DNA of 64,000 nucleotides, from assembly GCA_018652625.1 (NCBI GenBank), contig JABIBT010000018.1, positions 4,566 through 68,565 of the forward strand, in the 5' to 3' direction. Below the pieces are notes generated by a model. That model was given only the letters and a program-made list of their open reading frames with translations. It was not told the origin of the DNA and did no database searches. The stretch's first letter is position 1, and each line of letters begins with the position of its first letter. The DNA comes from Candidatus Woesearchaeota archaeon (GTDB taxonomy: Archaea; Nanobdellota; Nanobdellia; SCGC-AAA011-G17; PNOQ01). Both the position numbers and the translations under genes were made by a program. Below, piece after piece: positions 1 through 8,766 of this stretch.

Positions 1-798
1 CATTTGATAGCAGACATGTCAAAATTTGGGTATACTACATTCAGAGTGTACATAAAGTGGCAATATATGACCTTACAAGATAAATCTGATTTCTATACTT
101 ATTTAAAACAAATACCCCAGATATGGACAACAGCACAATTACACGGAAAATGGGATTTGGGTTTCTTCGTCGGAATTAAACATAGTAAAGAATTCAAAAA
201 AATATGGAACCAAATAGAAGCATTATACAAAGAAAAGATAGCTGAATATAAAATAGCAATATACTCTTTAGTTCATAATTTCAATAAAACCTTCCTATTA
301 GACAATTTTGATTGTATACTACAAAGATCCTCCGGAGAACAGTTAGAAATTCCTCATGACGAAACAGATGAAAACATAATATATACTTATGGAAAAGATG
401 TTAGGCAACCACTCCACAAAGTTGCCAAAGAAGTAGGGGTATCTATAGAAACAGTGAGAAAAAGAATAAAAAGATTAGAAAGAGAAGGAGTAATTGTCGG
501 ATACAAAACAGATATGGATTTAAGCAAACTAGGCTATCAAGGTTACAGAGTAGATTTTTATTTAAAATCAACAAAAAGAAATAAAGAAATATTTGAATAT
601 TTAAAAAACCATAAAAACTTTTATCAGATAAATGAATCAATAGGGGGAGCAGATATAGAAACAGAAATAATTATAGAAAATTTAGTTTTATTATTAGAAG
701 AATTAGAAAAAATAGTAAAAAGATTCAAAGATGTAATAAAATACTTTGAACATTATGGATACACTGGGTTTCCATCTTTAAGTATTGTAGCAGATTAG
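1..798 (+). CDS. Lrp/AsnC-family transcriptional regulator (HTH + RAM-like domain); probably 5'-partial, with no in-frame stop upstream within the window
   Basis: C-terminal half has an HTH segment 'VAKEVGVSIETVRKRIKRLEREGVIVGY' followed by a RAM-like segment. The N-terminal 100 aa look like a second RAM-like unit. The reading frame is open to window position 1. Confidence 0.5.
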   Translation, partial: HLIADMSKFGYTTFRVYIKWQYMTLQDKSDFYTYLKQIPQIWTTAQLHGKWDLGFFVGIKHSKEFKKIWNQIEALYKEKIAEYKIAIYSLVHNFNKTFLLDNFDCILQRSSGEQLEIPHDETDENIIYTYGKDVRQPLHKVAKEVGVSIETVRKRIKRLEREGVIVGYKTDMDLSKLGYQGYRVDFYLKSTKRNKEIFEYLKNHKNFYQINESIGGADIETEIIIENLVLLLEELEKIVKRFKDVIKYFEHYGYTGFPSLSIVAD

Positions 799-989
799 AT
801 TTTTAGAAGGGATATATTTTCACCCTGACAACTTGTCATGCACGGTAAGAGTTTTAGATCTCAGTTTGAACTTCTTTGGAAAATAGCTAAGAAATAATAA
901 CATACATAAACAATTAATCTAAATCAATTCTATGCTCAAACTATATGCCTCCTTAACAAGAAAAAAAGTAAACCTTTCAAATAAAAAAC

Positions 990-1511
990 CTAAATTGTCC
1001 TGAATTCCTTTCTAAACTCTCTAACGGACAAATGCTGAGATAGAGTATAAACTAAAAATCTGATAAGTATTAATAAAACAATAATAGAAAAAAACAAGTA
1101 CAATAATTCAATAACACCTCTATCTAAAACAATAAAAGCTATACCTGCAGCAACCGCAGGAGGATGAAAAGAATTTGCCAAAAACATAACGATCCCAATT
1201 AAAAAAACTAACAAAAAGATATTAAAATATAGGGGCACAACTACTAACTTATTTAAGTAATACACTCCCAATGATACTATAATCGTAATAAAGTAAGAAA
1301 TTATTGTAGTTCTTAATTTAGTTAAATGGTGAGATTTAGAATTTGTTAGAATCAAAGCAGAAGCACCAACACTAGAAAACAATAAAATATTAGAGATGGT
1401 AGCTTGATAAAGAAAAGTAATCAATCCAACCAACAAACCGGCTAACAAAGAAGGAATGAAATGATTATGCCATAGAATTTTTTCTCTTTTTATTATCTTA
1501 TCAAAATTCAT
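990..1511 (-). CDS. HPP-family integral membrane protein
   Basis: Multiple TM helices and a conserved 'FHPPAVAAG' (HPP) motif. Confidence 0.5.
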   Translation of the reverse strand: MNFDKIIKREKILWHNHFIPSLLAGLLVGLITFLYQATISNILLFSSVGASALILTNSKSHHLTKLRTTIISYFITIIVSLGVYYLNKLVVVPLYFNIFLLVFLIGIVMFLANSFHPPAVAAGIAFIVLDRGVIELLYLFFSIIVLLILIRFLVYTLSQHLSVREFRKEFRTI

Positions 1512-1588
1512 AATAACAAAAAATAAAAGAAATATTTAAGGTTTTTGGAAAAAATAAATTAAAAAAAAAGAAGGGATTAAATCCCTCT

Positions 1589-2155
1589 TTAAGATGTAGT
1601 TGCCTTCCCTTCCCTGCCAATATGGTCGGAGTCATGTTCCCACAAGTTAATGGCATATTTATGGAATACTACTGGTACACTTGGCCCGCCAGTAAGAACA
1701 ACCTGATTCTCTTCATTTTTTTTAGGCTGCACCTTAAATGAGTCATTTTTAAAGACCGCAGTAACATAGTTATCTGTTAATTTCCCAAAAACCACAATTG
1801 GTTTACCAACAGAATTTTCCATCCTACATGAACCCATAAAATCCCCAGCATCATCTTCAGTTACAGTATAGATAGTAGCTGGACCGTTGGAAATGCCATG
1901 TTTAGACCTAAGGTAATCTACATACCCTAAATCAGTTTCTTCATAATGATCTTCAAAAATATCCAAAAATGTTCTTTTAGGATGAATACCATAACTTGAA
2001 TCTTTTTGAGGTACACTCTTAACCATCCCTGGCACCAATCTTTTTGCAAAACTCAATTTATCATTTAGAGTTGGTTTTGCATTTTCTAAGCTAGGCGATT
2101 GACTTTCTCTTTCCATTTCTTGTAATTTTTTTTGTAATGTATCTTTCATTTTCAT
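1589..2155 (-). CDS. hypothetical protein
   Basis: 188-aa ORF. It overlaps the upstream gene 2152..2787 by 4 nt, suggesting an operon. No recognisable motif. Confidence 0.35.
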   Translation of the reverse strand: MKMKDTLQKKLQEMERESQSPSLENAKPTLNDKLSFAKRLVPGMVKSVPQKDSSYGIHPKRTFLDIFEDHYEETDLGYVDYLRSKHGISNGPATIYTVTEDDAGDFMGSCRMENSVGKPIVVFGKLTDNYVTAVFKNDSFKVQPKKNEENQVVLTGGPSVPVVFHKYAINLWEHDSDHIGREGKATTS

Positions 2156-2787
2156 TCCCCTCCTTCTTTTTTTTGAAGCTCTTTCAATTTCTCTACCTTA
2201 TGCAATTTTTCCCTGTTCCAGCTAAAAAAAGCAAGTGCACATAACGCACCTAGCCCAATTGGATACATAGCCAAATTATTATTATCTGATGGGGTGTCAA
2301 CTCCTTCTACGCTAATATCAACACCATCTTCTCTCAATTCTGTTTCCAAAGAAGGAACGAAATAATCAATCCCATGAAGATTTTCATTCAAAAGACCATA
2401 CAATTCTTTTTGATCTTCAGGCATTTCAATCCCATACTTTCTAGCTCCCCGTACAACTTCATCTAATTGTTTATACAAAGAATCTTGTTCAGCTACACTA
2501 AATTTTCTATCACCAATAAACTCATTAAACTCACCAGTAATCTTTTCTAATCTTGAGTTCATACTACCTCTTGCTTCTTTTAATGCGTCTTCTCTTTCTT
2601 GGTTTGCCTGATATTTTTCCTGTTCAACTTGATATTCAATTTTAGATCTAGTATCTTCATTTACAGGTAAATCTGCTTTTACAGGACTATACAAACTACC
2701 AACTAAAGCAGCACCAATCAAAGCTTTCTTTCCAATATTTTTCATTTTTTCATACATTTTTTTTGTCTCCACCACTTTTTGGTCCAT
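2152..2787 (-). CDS. secreted, C-terminally membrane-anchored hypothetical protein
   Basis: N-terminal signal-like hydrophobic segment (KKALIGAALVGSLYSPVKA), a C-terminal hydrophobic anchor (LAMYPIGLGALCALAFF) and a basic tail. Confidence 0.4.
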   Translation of the reverse strand: MDQKVVETKKMYEKMKNIGKKALIGAALVGSLYSPVKADLPVNEDTRSKIEYQVEQEKYQANQEREDALKEARGSMNSRLEKITGEFNEFIGDRKFSVAEQDSLYKQLDEVVRGARKYGIEMPEDQKELYGLLNENLHGIDYFVPSLETELREDGVDISVEGVDTPSDNNNLAMYPIGLGALCALAFFSWNREKLHKVEKLKELQKKEGGE

Positions 2788-2860
2788 GGTAATGACCTCT
2801 TTTGTTATTACTTACCAGTTAAGACTAACATATAAATAGTGGTATACCTGTACTAGTACT

Positions 2861-3619
2861 ATGATTATAACCCTAAAAAAAGCCGGTTTAACGGACGGAG
2901 AAGCCAGAGTATACCTTGCAGTAACAGAATTAGGAGAATCCTCAGTGGGGAAAATAGTGGAAAAGTCCAAAGTAACAAAGTCTATTATTTACCAAATCCT
3001 AGAAAAACTAACAGATAAAGGATTAATTTCATTCTTCTACAAAGAAAAAACAAAACATTTTCAGGCAGAATCTCCAACAAACCTACTAGAATTCTTAGAA
3101 CAACAAAAAAACACAATAGATGAAACAGAAAAAGAAGTCAAAGAAATAATTCCAAAATTACTAATGCAAAGGGCAACCGCAAAACATAGTATAGTAACCG
3201 TTTATGAAGGTTTCAAAGGCCTAATGACAGCATACACAAAAAGATTTGAAGTACTAAAAGAAGGAGAGGAATACATAAACTGGGGACTTCCTGCAACACA
3301 ACCAAAACACCACCATATTTACTGGGAAAGAGATCACAAAGAAAGAGTAAAAAGAAAAATAAAAGCAAAATTACTCTATAATCATAATGTTCCAGATGAA
3401 ACTCTAAAAGGCAGAAATTCTTTCAAATACATTGACGCAAGAAGAATGCCCTTAGATGTAGAAGCTCCTTCTTGGATAATGGTTTACAAAGATATTGTAG
3501 TTATGGCAATCCCACAAGGAATACATCCAATAACAATAGAAATACATAACCCGGAAATAGCTAATTCTTTCACAAAATATTTTGAATGGTTTTGGAAGAA
3601 AAGCAAGTCATTCAAGTAA
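2861..3619 (+). CDS. TrmB-family (archaeal sugar-responsive) transcriptional regulator
   Basis: N-terminal wHTH typical of TrmB ('LKKAGLTDGEARVYLAVTELGESSVGKIVEKSKVTKSIIYQILEKLTDKGL') plus a C-terminal effector-like domain. Confidence 0.55.
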   Translation: MIITLKKAGLTDGEARVYLAVTELGESSVGKIVEKSKVTKSIIYQILEKLTDKGLISFFYKEKTKHFQAESPTNLLEFLEQQKNTIDETEKEVKEIIPKLLMQRATAKHSIVTVYEGFKGLMTAYTKRFEVLKEGEEYINWGLPATQPKHHHIYWERDHKERVKRKIKAKLLYNHNVPDETLKGRNSFKYIDARRMPLDVEAPSWIMVYKDIVVMAIPQGIHPITIEIHNPEIANSFTKYFEWFWKKSKSFK

Positions 3620-3707
3620 GCCCTTACCCCTACAAATCAAAAAAACACACAAAAACCTTAGCACAACCAATAACTTTATATATTACTTGGTCTTACTTAA
3701 TCTTACC

Positions 3708-3977
3708 ATGGAATCCATCACCATAAAAGTAGATAAAAACTTGGCTAATGAAATAGACCAGATAGTTTCTTCAAGTTATTCAACAAAAACAGAGTTCATA
3801 AGGGGAGCAATACGAGATAAGTTAAAACAAAGAGAAAAAGAAAAGCTAGAATTAATCAAAGAATTGGAAAAATTTAAAGGTGCAGCCAAGGTTCATGTTT
3901 CAGATGAGCAAATACAAGATACCCGAGAAAAAATTGCAAAAGAGTATGCCAAAAAATTTGGAATAAAATTAGATTAA
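3708..3977 (+). CDS. ribbon-helix-helix (CopG/Arc/MetJ-like) DNA-binding protein, putative antitoxin
   Basis: ATG at 3708 within the longer track ORF 3582..3977. The N-terminal beta-strand 'ITIKVDKNLANEIDQIV' followed by two helices fits the RHH fold. The 3582 start is rejected because it overlaps the TrmB gene. Confidence 0.45.
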   Translation: MESITIKVDKNLANEIDQIVSSSYSTKTEFIRGAIRDKLKQREKEKLELIKELEKFKGAAKVHVSDEQIQDTREKIAKEYAKKFGIKLD

Positions 3978-4385
3978 CTCTTCAGGCTTTTTCACAGCTA
4001 CAAAATCAAACTCCAAAAAGTGTTTATCTCTAGTAACCATAACAGCATTATTGTCTCTAGCTAAAATTGCGTGAAGGGCATCACCAAAAGGAACATTTAA
4101 TTTTTTCTTAATCTCAAAAGCTTCCTTGGTTTGGTTTTTATTAATTTCTACTTTTTCTAATAACTCTCTATCAGAAGCAATATTTAAAATATTATTTATA
4201 GTTTTTATATCAAAGTGCCCGGATAGTTCTTTAATAACTAAATCCGAATAAAGGATCTTCTTTTCATCATCTAAAACTTTTTTAAAAAATTCAAAGGCCC
4301 ATTCTCCCAGAGGCCTAAACTTGTCTGTTCTATTTTCGTGCAAATCTCTCCAAATAGCAGTATCAACATAATACTTCTTCTCCAT
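3969..4385 (-). CDS. PIN-domain protein (VapC-like ribonuclease)
   Basis: N-terminal 'YYVDTAIW' acidic motif and a C-terminal 'MVTRDKHF' motif, typical of PIN/VapC. It is convergent with the RHH gene, with a 9-nt 3' overlap. Confidence 0.5.
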   Translation of the reverse strand: MEKKYYVDTAIWRDLHENRTDKFRPLGEWAFEFFKKVLDDEKKILYSDLVIKELSGHFDIKTINNILNIASDRELLEKVEINKNQTKEAFEIKKKLNVPFGDALHAILARDNNAVMVTRDKHFLEFDFVAVKKPEELI

Positions 4386-4485
4386 ATTTTACTAATCACG
4401 GAGTTATTTATAAACCATTTTGCTGTACGTGACAAGTTGACAAGGAAATAATAACATATATAAACAATAAATCTAAATCAAAATC

Positions 4486-5877
4486 ATGCTTAAGTTATAC
4501 AACACTCTAACAAGGAAAAAAGAAAATTTCAAACCAATAAAAGCAGGAACTGCATCTCTTTACGGCTGTGGACCAACTGTGTATTGGTATCAACACATTG
4601 GAAACATGCGTAGATACATCTTTGAAGATATTCTCAGAAGAACGTTACTTTTTAACAATCTAAAAGTAAAACATGTAATTAACATAACCGATGTAGGCCA
4701 TCTAACTTCTGATGCTGATGAAGGTGAAGACAAGATGATGAAGGCAATAAAAAGAGAAAAACTTCCCCCAACTTCAGAATCATTACTAAAAGTAGCAAGA
4801 AAATACGAAGATTCTTTCTTAGATGATGCAAGGAAACTAAACATCCAATCTCCAGATAAGTGGGCAAGAGCAACAGAACACATCAAAGATATGATTAATT
4901 TAATAAAAAAAATAGAAAAAAACGGTTATACTTACAAAACAAAAGTTGGTTTAATTTTTGATACTTCAAAATCAAAAGACTACACGAAATTAGCAAAACT
5001 AAAATTAGAAGATATGAAAGCAGGTTCTCGTGTTGAAGTAGATCCAGAAAGAAAAAACCCTTCAGACTTCGCTTTATGGATTACAAACCAACCAAAACAC
5101 ATTATGCAATGGGATTCTCCCTGGGGCAGAGGTTTTCCTGGCTGGCATATAGAATGTTCTGCAATGTCTTCAAAATATCTTGGAGATCAGTTTGACATCC
5201 ACACCGGAGGAGAAGAACACATTCCAATCCACCATACTAACGAAATAGCCCAGTCAGAAGCAGCTTGTGGAAAACATCCTTGGGTAAAATACTGGCTACA
5301 CATGAGATGGTTAGTCCTAAAAGAAGGAAAGATGTCCAAATCCGAAGGAAAAGTGTTTACAATTTCTGAATTAGAAAAGAAAGGCTACGATCCCCTAGAC
5401 TTTAGATATTTATGTTTACTAACCCACTATAGAAAAAGATTGTTATTTTCACTAGAATCTTTAGATTCTGCAAAGAAAACATATGATAGATTAAAAAATA
5501 TAATTTTAGAATTAAAAACAAAAAAAGATTCTAAAAAATCTAAAAATACTTATGAAAAAGACTTTTTAGAAAGTGTTAACGATGACCTAAACACTTCAAA
5601 AGCACTTTCTGTCTTATGGGCCGTGTTAAGAGATTCAAAACTAGGTTCTAAAGAAAAACTTGAACTTGCTTACGAATTTGACAAAGTTCTTGGTTTATCT
5701 TTAAAGGAATTAAAAGAAGATAAGATTCCAAAAGAAATAAAAGAAATTGCAGAAAAAAGACAAAAAGCAAGAACTGAAAAAGATTGGCCAACTTCAGACA
5801 AACTAAGAGACGAAATTTCTTCTAAAGGTTATGAAATAAAAGATTTAAAAGAAGGATATTTAATAAATAAAAAATAA
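4486..5877 (+). CDS. cysS: cysteinyl-tRNA synthetase
   Basis: Class I aaRS with a HIGH-region 'YQHIGNMRRY' and a 'KMSKSEGK' motif. Length (463 aa) and overall motif pattern match CysRS. Confidence 0.88.
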   Translation: MLKLYNTLTRKKENFKPIKAGTASLYGCGPTVYWYQHIGNMRRYIFEDILRRTLLFNNLKVKHVINITDVGHLTSDADEGEDKMMKAIKREKLPPTSESLLKVARKYEDSFLDDARKLNIQSPDKWARATEHIKDMINLIKKIEKNGYTYKTKVGLIFDTSKSKDYTKLAKLKLEDMKAGSRVEVDPERKNPSDFALWITNQPKHIMQWDSPWGRGFPGWHIECSAMSSKYLGDQFDIHTGGEEHIPIHHTNEIAQSEAACGKHPWVKYWLHMRWLVLKEGKMSKSEGKVFTISELEKKGYDPLDFRYLCLLTHYRKRLLFSLESLDSAKKTYDRLKNIILELKTKKDSKKSKNTYEKDFLESVNDDLNTSKALSVLWAVLRDSKLGSKEKLELAYEFDKVLGLSLKELKEDKIPKEIKEIAEKRQKARTEKDWPTSDKLRDEISSKGYEIKDLKEGYLINKK

Positions 5878-7341
5878 TTACTTCGGTCTTGTAATCGGGA
5901 AAGCAATCACATCCCTTAAATGAGAAGAATCAGTCAATAACATAATAATCCTGTCCATTCCAATTCCTAATCCTCCAGCAGGAGGCATTCCATGTTCAAT
6001 TGCAGTAACAAAATCTTCATCCATAGGATTAGCTTCATCATCTCCATCAACTCTCTCTTTCTCTTGTTCAGCCAGTAATTTTTCTTGAATCAATGGATTA
6101 TTCAATTCAGAGTAAGCATTTCCAACTTCATGTCCATTTATAAAAAATTCAAATCTCTCAATCAATTCAGGATCTCCTCTTTTTTCCTTACAAAGCGGGG
6201 AGGTTTCTTTTGGATAATCTGTAATAAAAGTTGGTTGAATAAGTTTTTCTTCAACTAAAGCCTCAAACAGTTCGTTAATAGCCCAACCCCTAGTAAATTT
6301 CTTAATTTCAAGTTTATGTTTTTTTAATTCTTTTTTTAATTCAGAATCTGTTAACTTATCAACATTTAATTTTCCATACTTCTTTAGGGCACCTTTCATA
6401 GTTAATTTTGTCCACGGTGCCTTAAAATTAATAGTCTTACCTTGATATTTCACACTACTGCCACCAGTAACTTTTTTCGCTAAGTGTTCAACCAAATTTT
6501 CTACCAAGACCATCATATCATTATAATCTTTATACGCCCAATAACATTCCATCATCGTAAATTCAGGATTATGGGTTCTATCTACTCCTTCATTCCTAAA
6601 GTTCTTACCAATAGTATAAACTTGCTCAAATCCACCAACCAATAACCTTTTCAAATAAAGCTCTGGGGAGATACTAAGAAATAAATCTATATTCCAAGCG
6701 TTTATATGGGTTTTAAACGGTCTTGCTGCTGCTCCGCCATAAATAGTTTGTAGTGCAGGTATTTCGACTTCTGTGAAATTTAATTTATCAAGAAAGGTTC
6801 TAGTTTCTTTTAATATTATATTCCTTTTGAAGAAAATATCCTTTTTTTCTGGATTTGCTATAAAATCTAAATATCTCTGCCTATATCTAGTCTCTTCATC
6901 CTTTAATCCTTTATGCTTATCAGGTAGTGGACGTAAACTTTTTGTTAATAAGACAAAATCATTAGCATCAATTGAAACCTCTCCTCTTTTAGTTTTGAAA
7001 ACTTTCCCAACAATACCAATTATGTCTCCGTGATCTACCTTTTTTAATTGATTATAATTATGTAATTTATCTTTAGTTGCAAAAACTTGGATTTTACCTG
7101 CCCGATCAAGGATTGTAAAAAAAGAAGCCTTTCCCATAACCCTACTAGTTAAAACTCTGCCAGCAACACTAACTTTCTTTCTAGTATGCTCCCCATCTTT
7201 TAATTTAGAATATTCTTCTTGAATTTCAGAAGAATCATGTGTTTTATCAAAACTATATGGATAAGGATTGATACCTTCTTCAATTAACCTATTTAATTTT
7301 TCTTTTCTAGATTTAATTAAATCATTTTCTTCTTTTTTCAT
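5878..7341 (-). CDS. lysS: lysyl-tRNA synthetase, class II
   Basis: N-terminal OB anticodon-binding region and class II motif 2 'FRNEGVDRTHNPEFTMMECYWAY', diagnostic of LysRS-II. Its stop abuts the cysS stop. Confidence 0.88.
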   Translation of the reverse strand: MKKEENDLIKSRKEKLNRLIEEGINPYPYSFDKTHDSSEIQEEYSKLKDGEHTRKKVSVAGRVLTSRVMGKASFFTILDRAGKIQVFATKDKLHNYNQLKKVDHGDIIGIVGKVFKTKRGEVSIDANDFVLLTKSLRPLPDKHKGLKDEETRYRQRYLDFIANPEKKDIFFKRNIILKETRTFLDKLNFTEVEIPALQTIYGGAAARPFKTHINAWNIDLFLSISPELYLKRLLVGGFEQVYTIGKNFRNEGVDRTHNPEFTMMECYWAYKDYNDMMVLVENLVEHLAKKVTGGSSVKYQGKTINFKAPWTKLTMKGALKKYGKLNVDKLTDSELKKELKKHKLEIKKFTRGWAINELFEALVEEKLIQPTFITDYPKETSPLCKEKRGDPELIERFEFFINGHEVGNAYSELNNPLIQEKLLAEQEKERVDGDDEANPMDEDFVTAIEHGMPPAGGLGIGMDRIIMLLTDSSHLRDVIAFPITRPK

Positions 7342-7444
7342 AGAACATTATTAATCTAATTAACTTTTAAATCTTTCCACATTTTATTTTTAAACTGAAA
7401 CCAATACAAAACAATTAAAAACCTATATTCTTCCTTTTTAACCA

Positions 7445-7945
7445 ATGAAAGATATAATCTTTATTAGCGGGGCCCCCGGAATTGGAAAAACGTCCATAGG
7501 TAGGATATTAAAGGAAAAATTAAAATCTCCTTACATTGACCTTGCATGGTTAAGAAGCTACCATTTAGATTCAAAATGGAAGAACGCAAATAACAAAGAA
7601 GAAAAAATGTCATTAAGTAATTTAAGATTTATTATAAGAAATTATTTAAAAAATGGCTATAAAAATATTGTTATCACCGATTTAAGGTCTAAAAGTAGAG
7701 AAAAATTAGTAAAAAGTTTCTCAAATACAAATTATCTGATTATAAGATTAGTTATTAATGATGACAAAGAACTTAAAAAAAGAGTTTTAACTGAGTCAAG
7801 AGATTCAGGTTGGAGAGATTATGAAAAATCAATAAAGCTAAACAAAACAATTAAAGAGAGAGATCTATGGAAGAACGAAGTTGAGATAGATAACACCCAC
7901 AACTCTCCAAATAAAACAGTTAAAGAAATACTAAAACATTTATAA
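7445..7945 (+). CDS. P-loop NTPase / small kinase-like protein
   Basis: Walker A 'ISGAPGIGKTS' near the N-terminus. The 166-aa size resembles nucleoside/adenylate-kinase-like proteins. Confidence 0.45.
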   Translation: MKDIIFISGAPGIGKTSIGRILKEKLKSPYIDLAWLRSYHLDSKWKNANNKEEKMSLSNLRFIIRNYLKNGYKNIVITDLRSKSREKLVKSFSNTNYLIIRLVINDDKELKKRVLTESRDSGWRDYEKSIKLNKTIKERDLWKNEVEIDNTHNSPNKTVKEILKHL

Positions 7946-7946
7946 A

Positions 7947-8723
7947 ATGAATTCCCTAATAAACAAAATTAAATCAAAGAAATACGCTTCCTTAGGTGAC
8001 GAAATAATAGAGCAAGAGATAAACAACTTCTTAGGAAAAAAACCCAAAGCAAAAGATAAAGAAATAATTAAAGAAGTAAAAACAAGGTTACACAAAATTT
8101 ATGGTTCTTTTCAAGTAAATAAAAAGAAAAAGAGAGATACTTTACTAGAAGAACTAAAAGAAAACCAAAATTCAATAGAATTACATAGAAAGATTTTAGA
8201 AACAAACTTATCAACAAAAGAAAGACTAAAAGCTTACAATACTTTATACTACAGAATTTTTCAAATAACCGGACAACCAAAATCAATTTTAGACGTAGGT
8301 TCAGGAATAAATCCAATATCTTACCCTTTTTTAGAATGCACCCCAAGTTATACTTCTATAGAAATAGACAAAGAGGACGTAGAGTTTGTGAATGAGTATT
8401 TTAAAATAAAAAACATAAAAGGTGAAGCAATATTAAAAGCAATAAATAAAGATACAATAAAAGATTTGCCAAAAACAGATATAACCTTCTTATTCAAAAT
8501 AATTGATCCTCTAGAGGTAAGAAAAGGACACAAGTTCTCAGAAATGCTACTAAAAGGATTAAAATCAAAATATATTGTAGCTTCTTTTTCAACAAAAACA
8601 ATTTCAAATAAAATGATGAAATACCCAAGAAGAGGATGGTTTGAAAAACTATTAACCAGAATAAACCTTAAATTTAAAATAGTAAAAACGCAGAATGAAT
8701 TTTATTATATAATCGAGAAATAA
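7947..8723 (+). CDS. class I SAM-dependent methyltransferase (possibly FmrO/Rmt-like rRNA methyltransferase fold)
   Basis: Glycine-rich SAM-binding motif I 'ILDVGSGINPISYP'. Translationally coupled to the upstream kinase (2-nt gap). Confidence 0.4.
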   Translation: MNSLINKIKSKKYASLGDEIIEQEINNFLGKKPKAKDKEIIKEVKTRLHKIYGSFQVNKKKKRDTLLEELKENQNSIELHRKILETNLSTKERLKAYNTLYYRIFQITGQPKSILDVGSGINPISYPFLECTPSYTSIEIDKEDVEFVNEYFKIKNIKGEAILKAINKDTIKDLPKTDITFLFKIIDPLEVRKGHKFSEMLLKGLKSKYIVASFSTKTISNKMMKYPRRGWFEKLLTRINLKFKIVKTQNEFYYIIEK

Positions 8724-8766
8724 CAATATTTATATAGGATAACCCACAAATATTTTTTAAAGAGGG

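Noticed and set aside
3582-3707. Upstream extension of the RHH ORF starting at 3582
   Set aside because: It would overlap the last 38 nt of the TrmB gene, and it encodes a non-globular basic leader. The ATG at 3708, followed directly by the RHH beta-strand, is the more plausible start.
4590-4886. Antisense ORFs within cysS (4590..4886, 4679..4873) and within lysS (6773..7033)
   Set aside because: They are fully embedded in well-supported aaRS genes on the opposite strand, and have no motifs.
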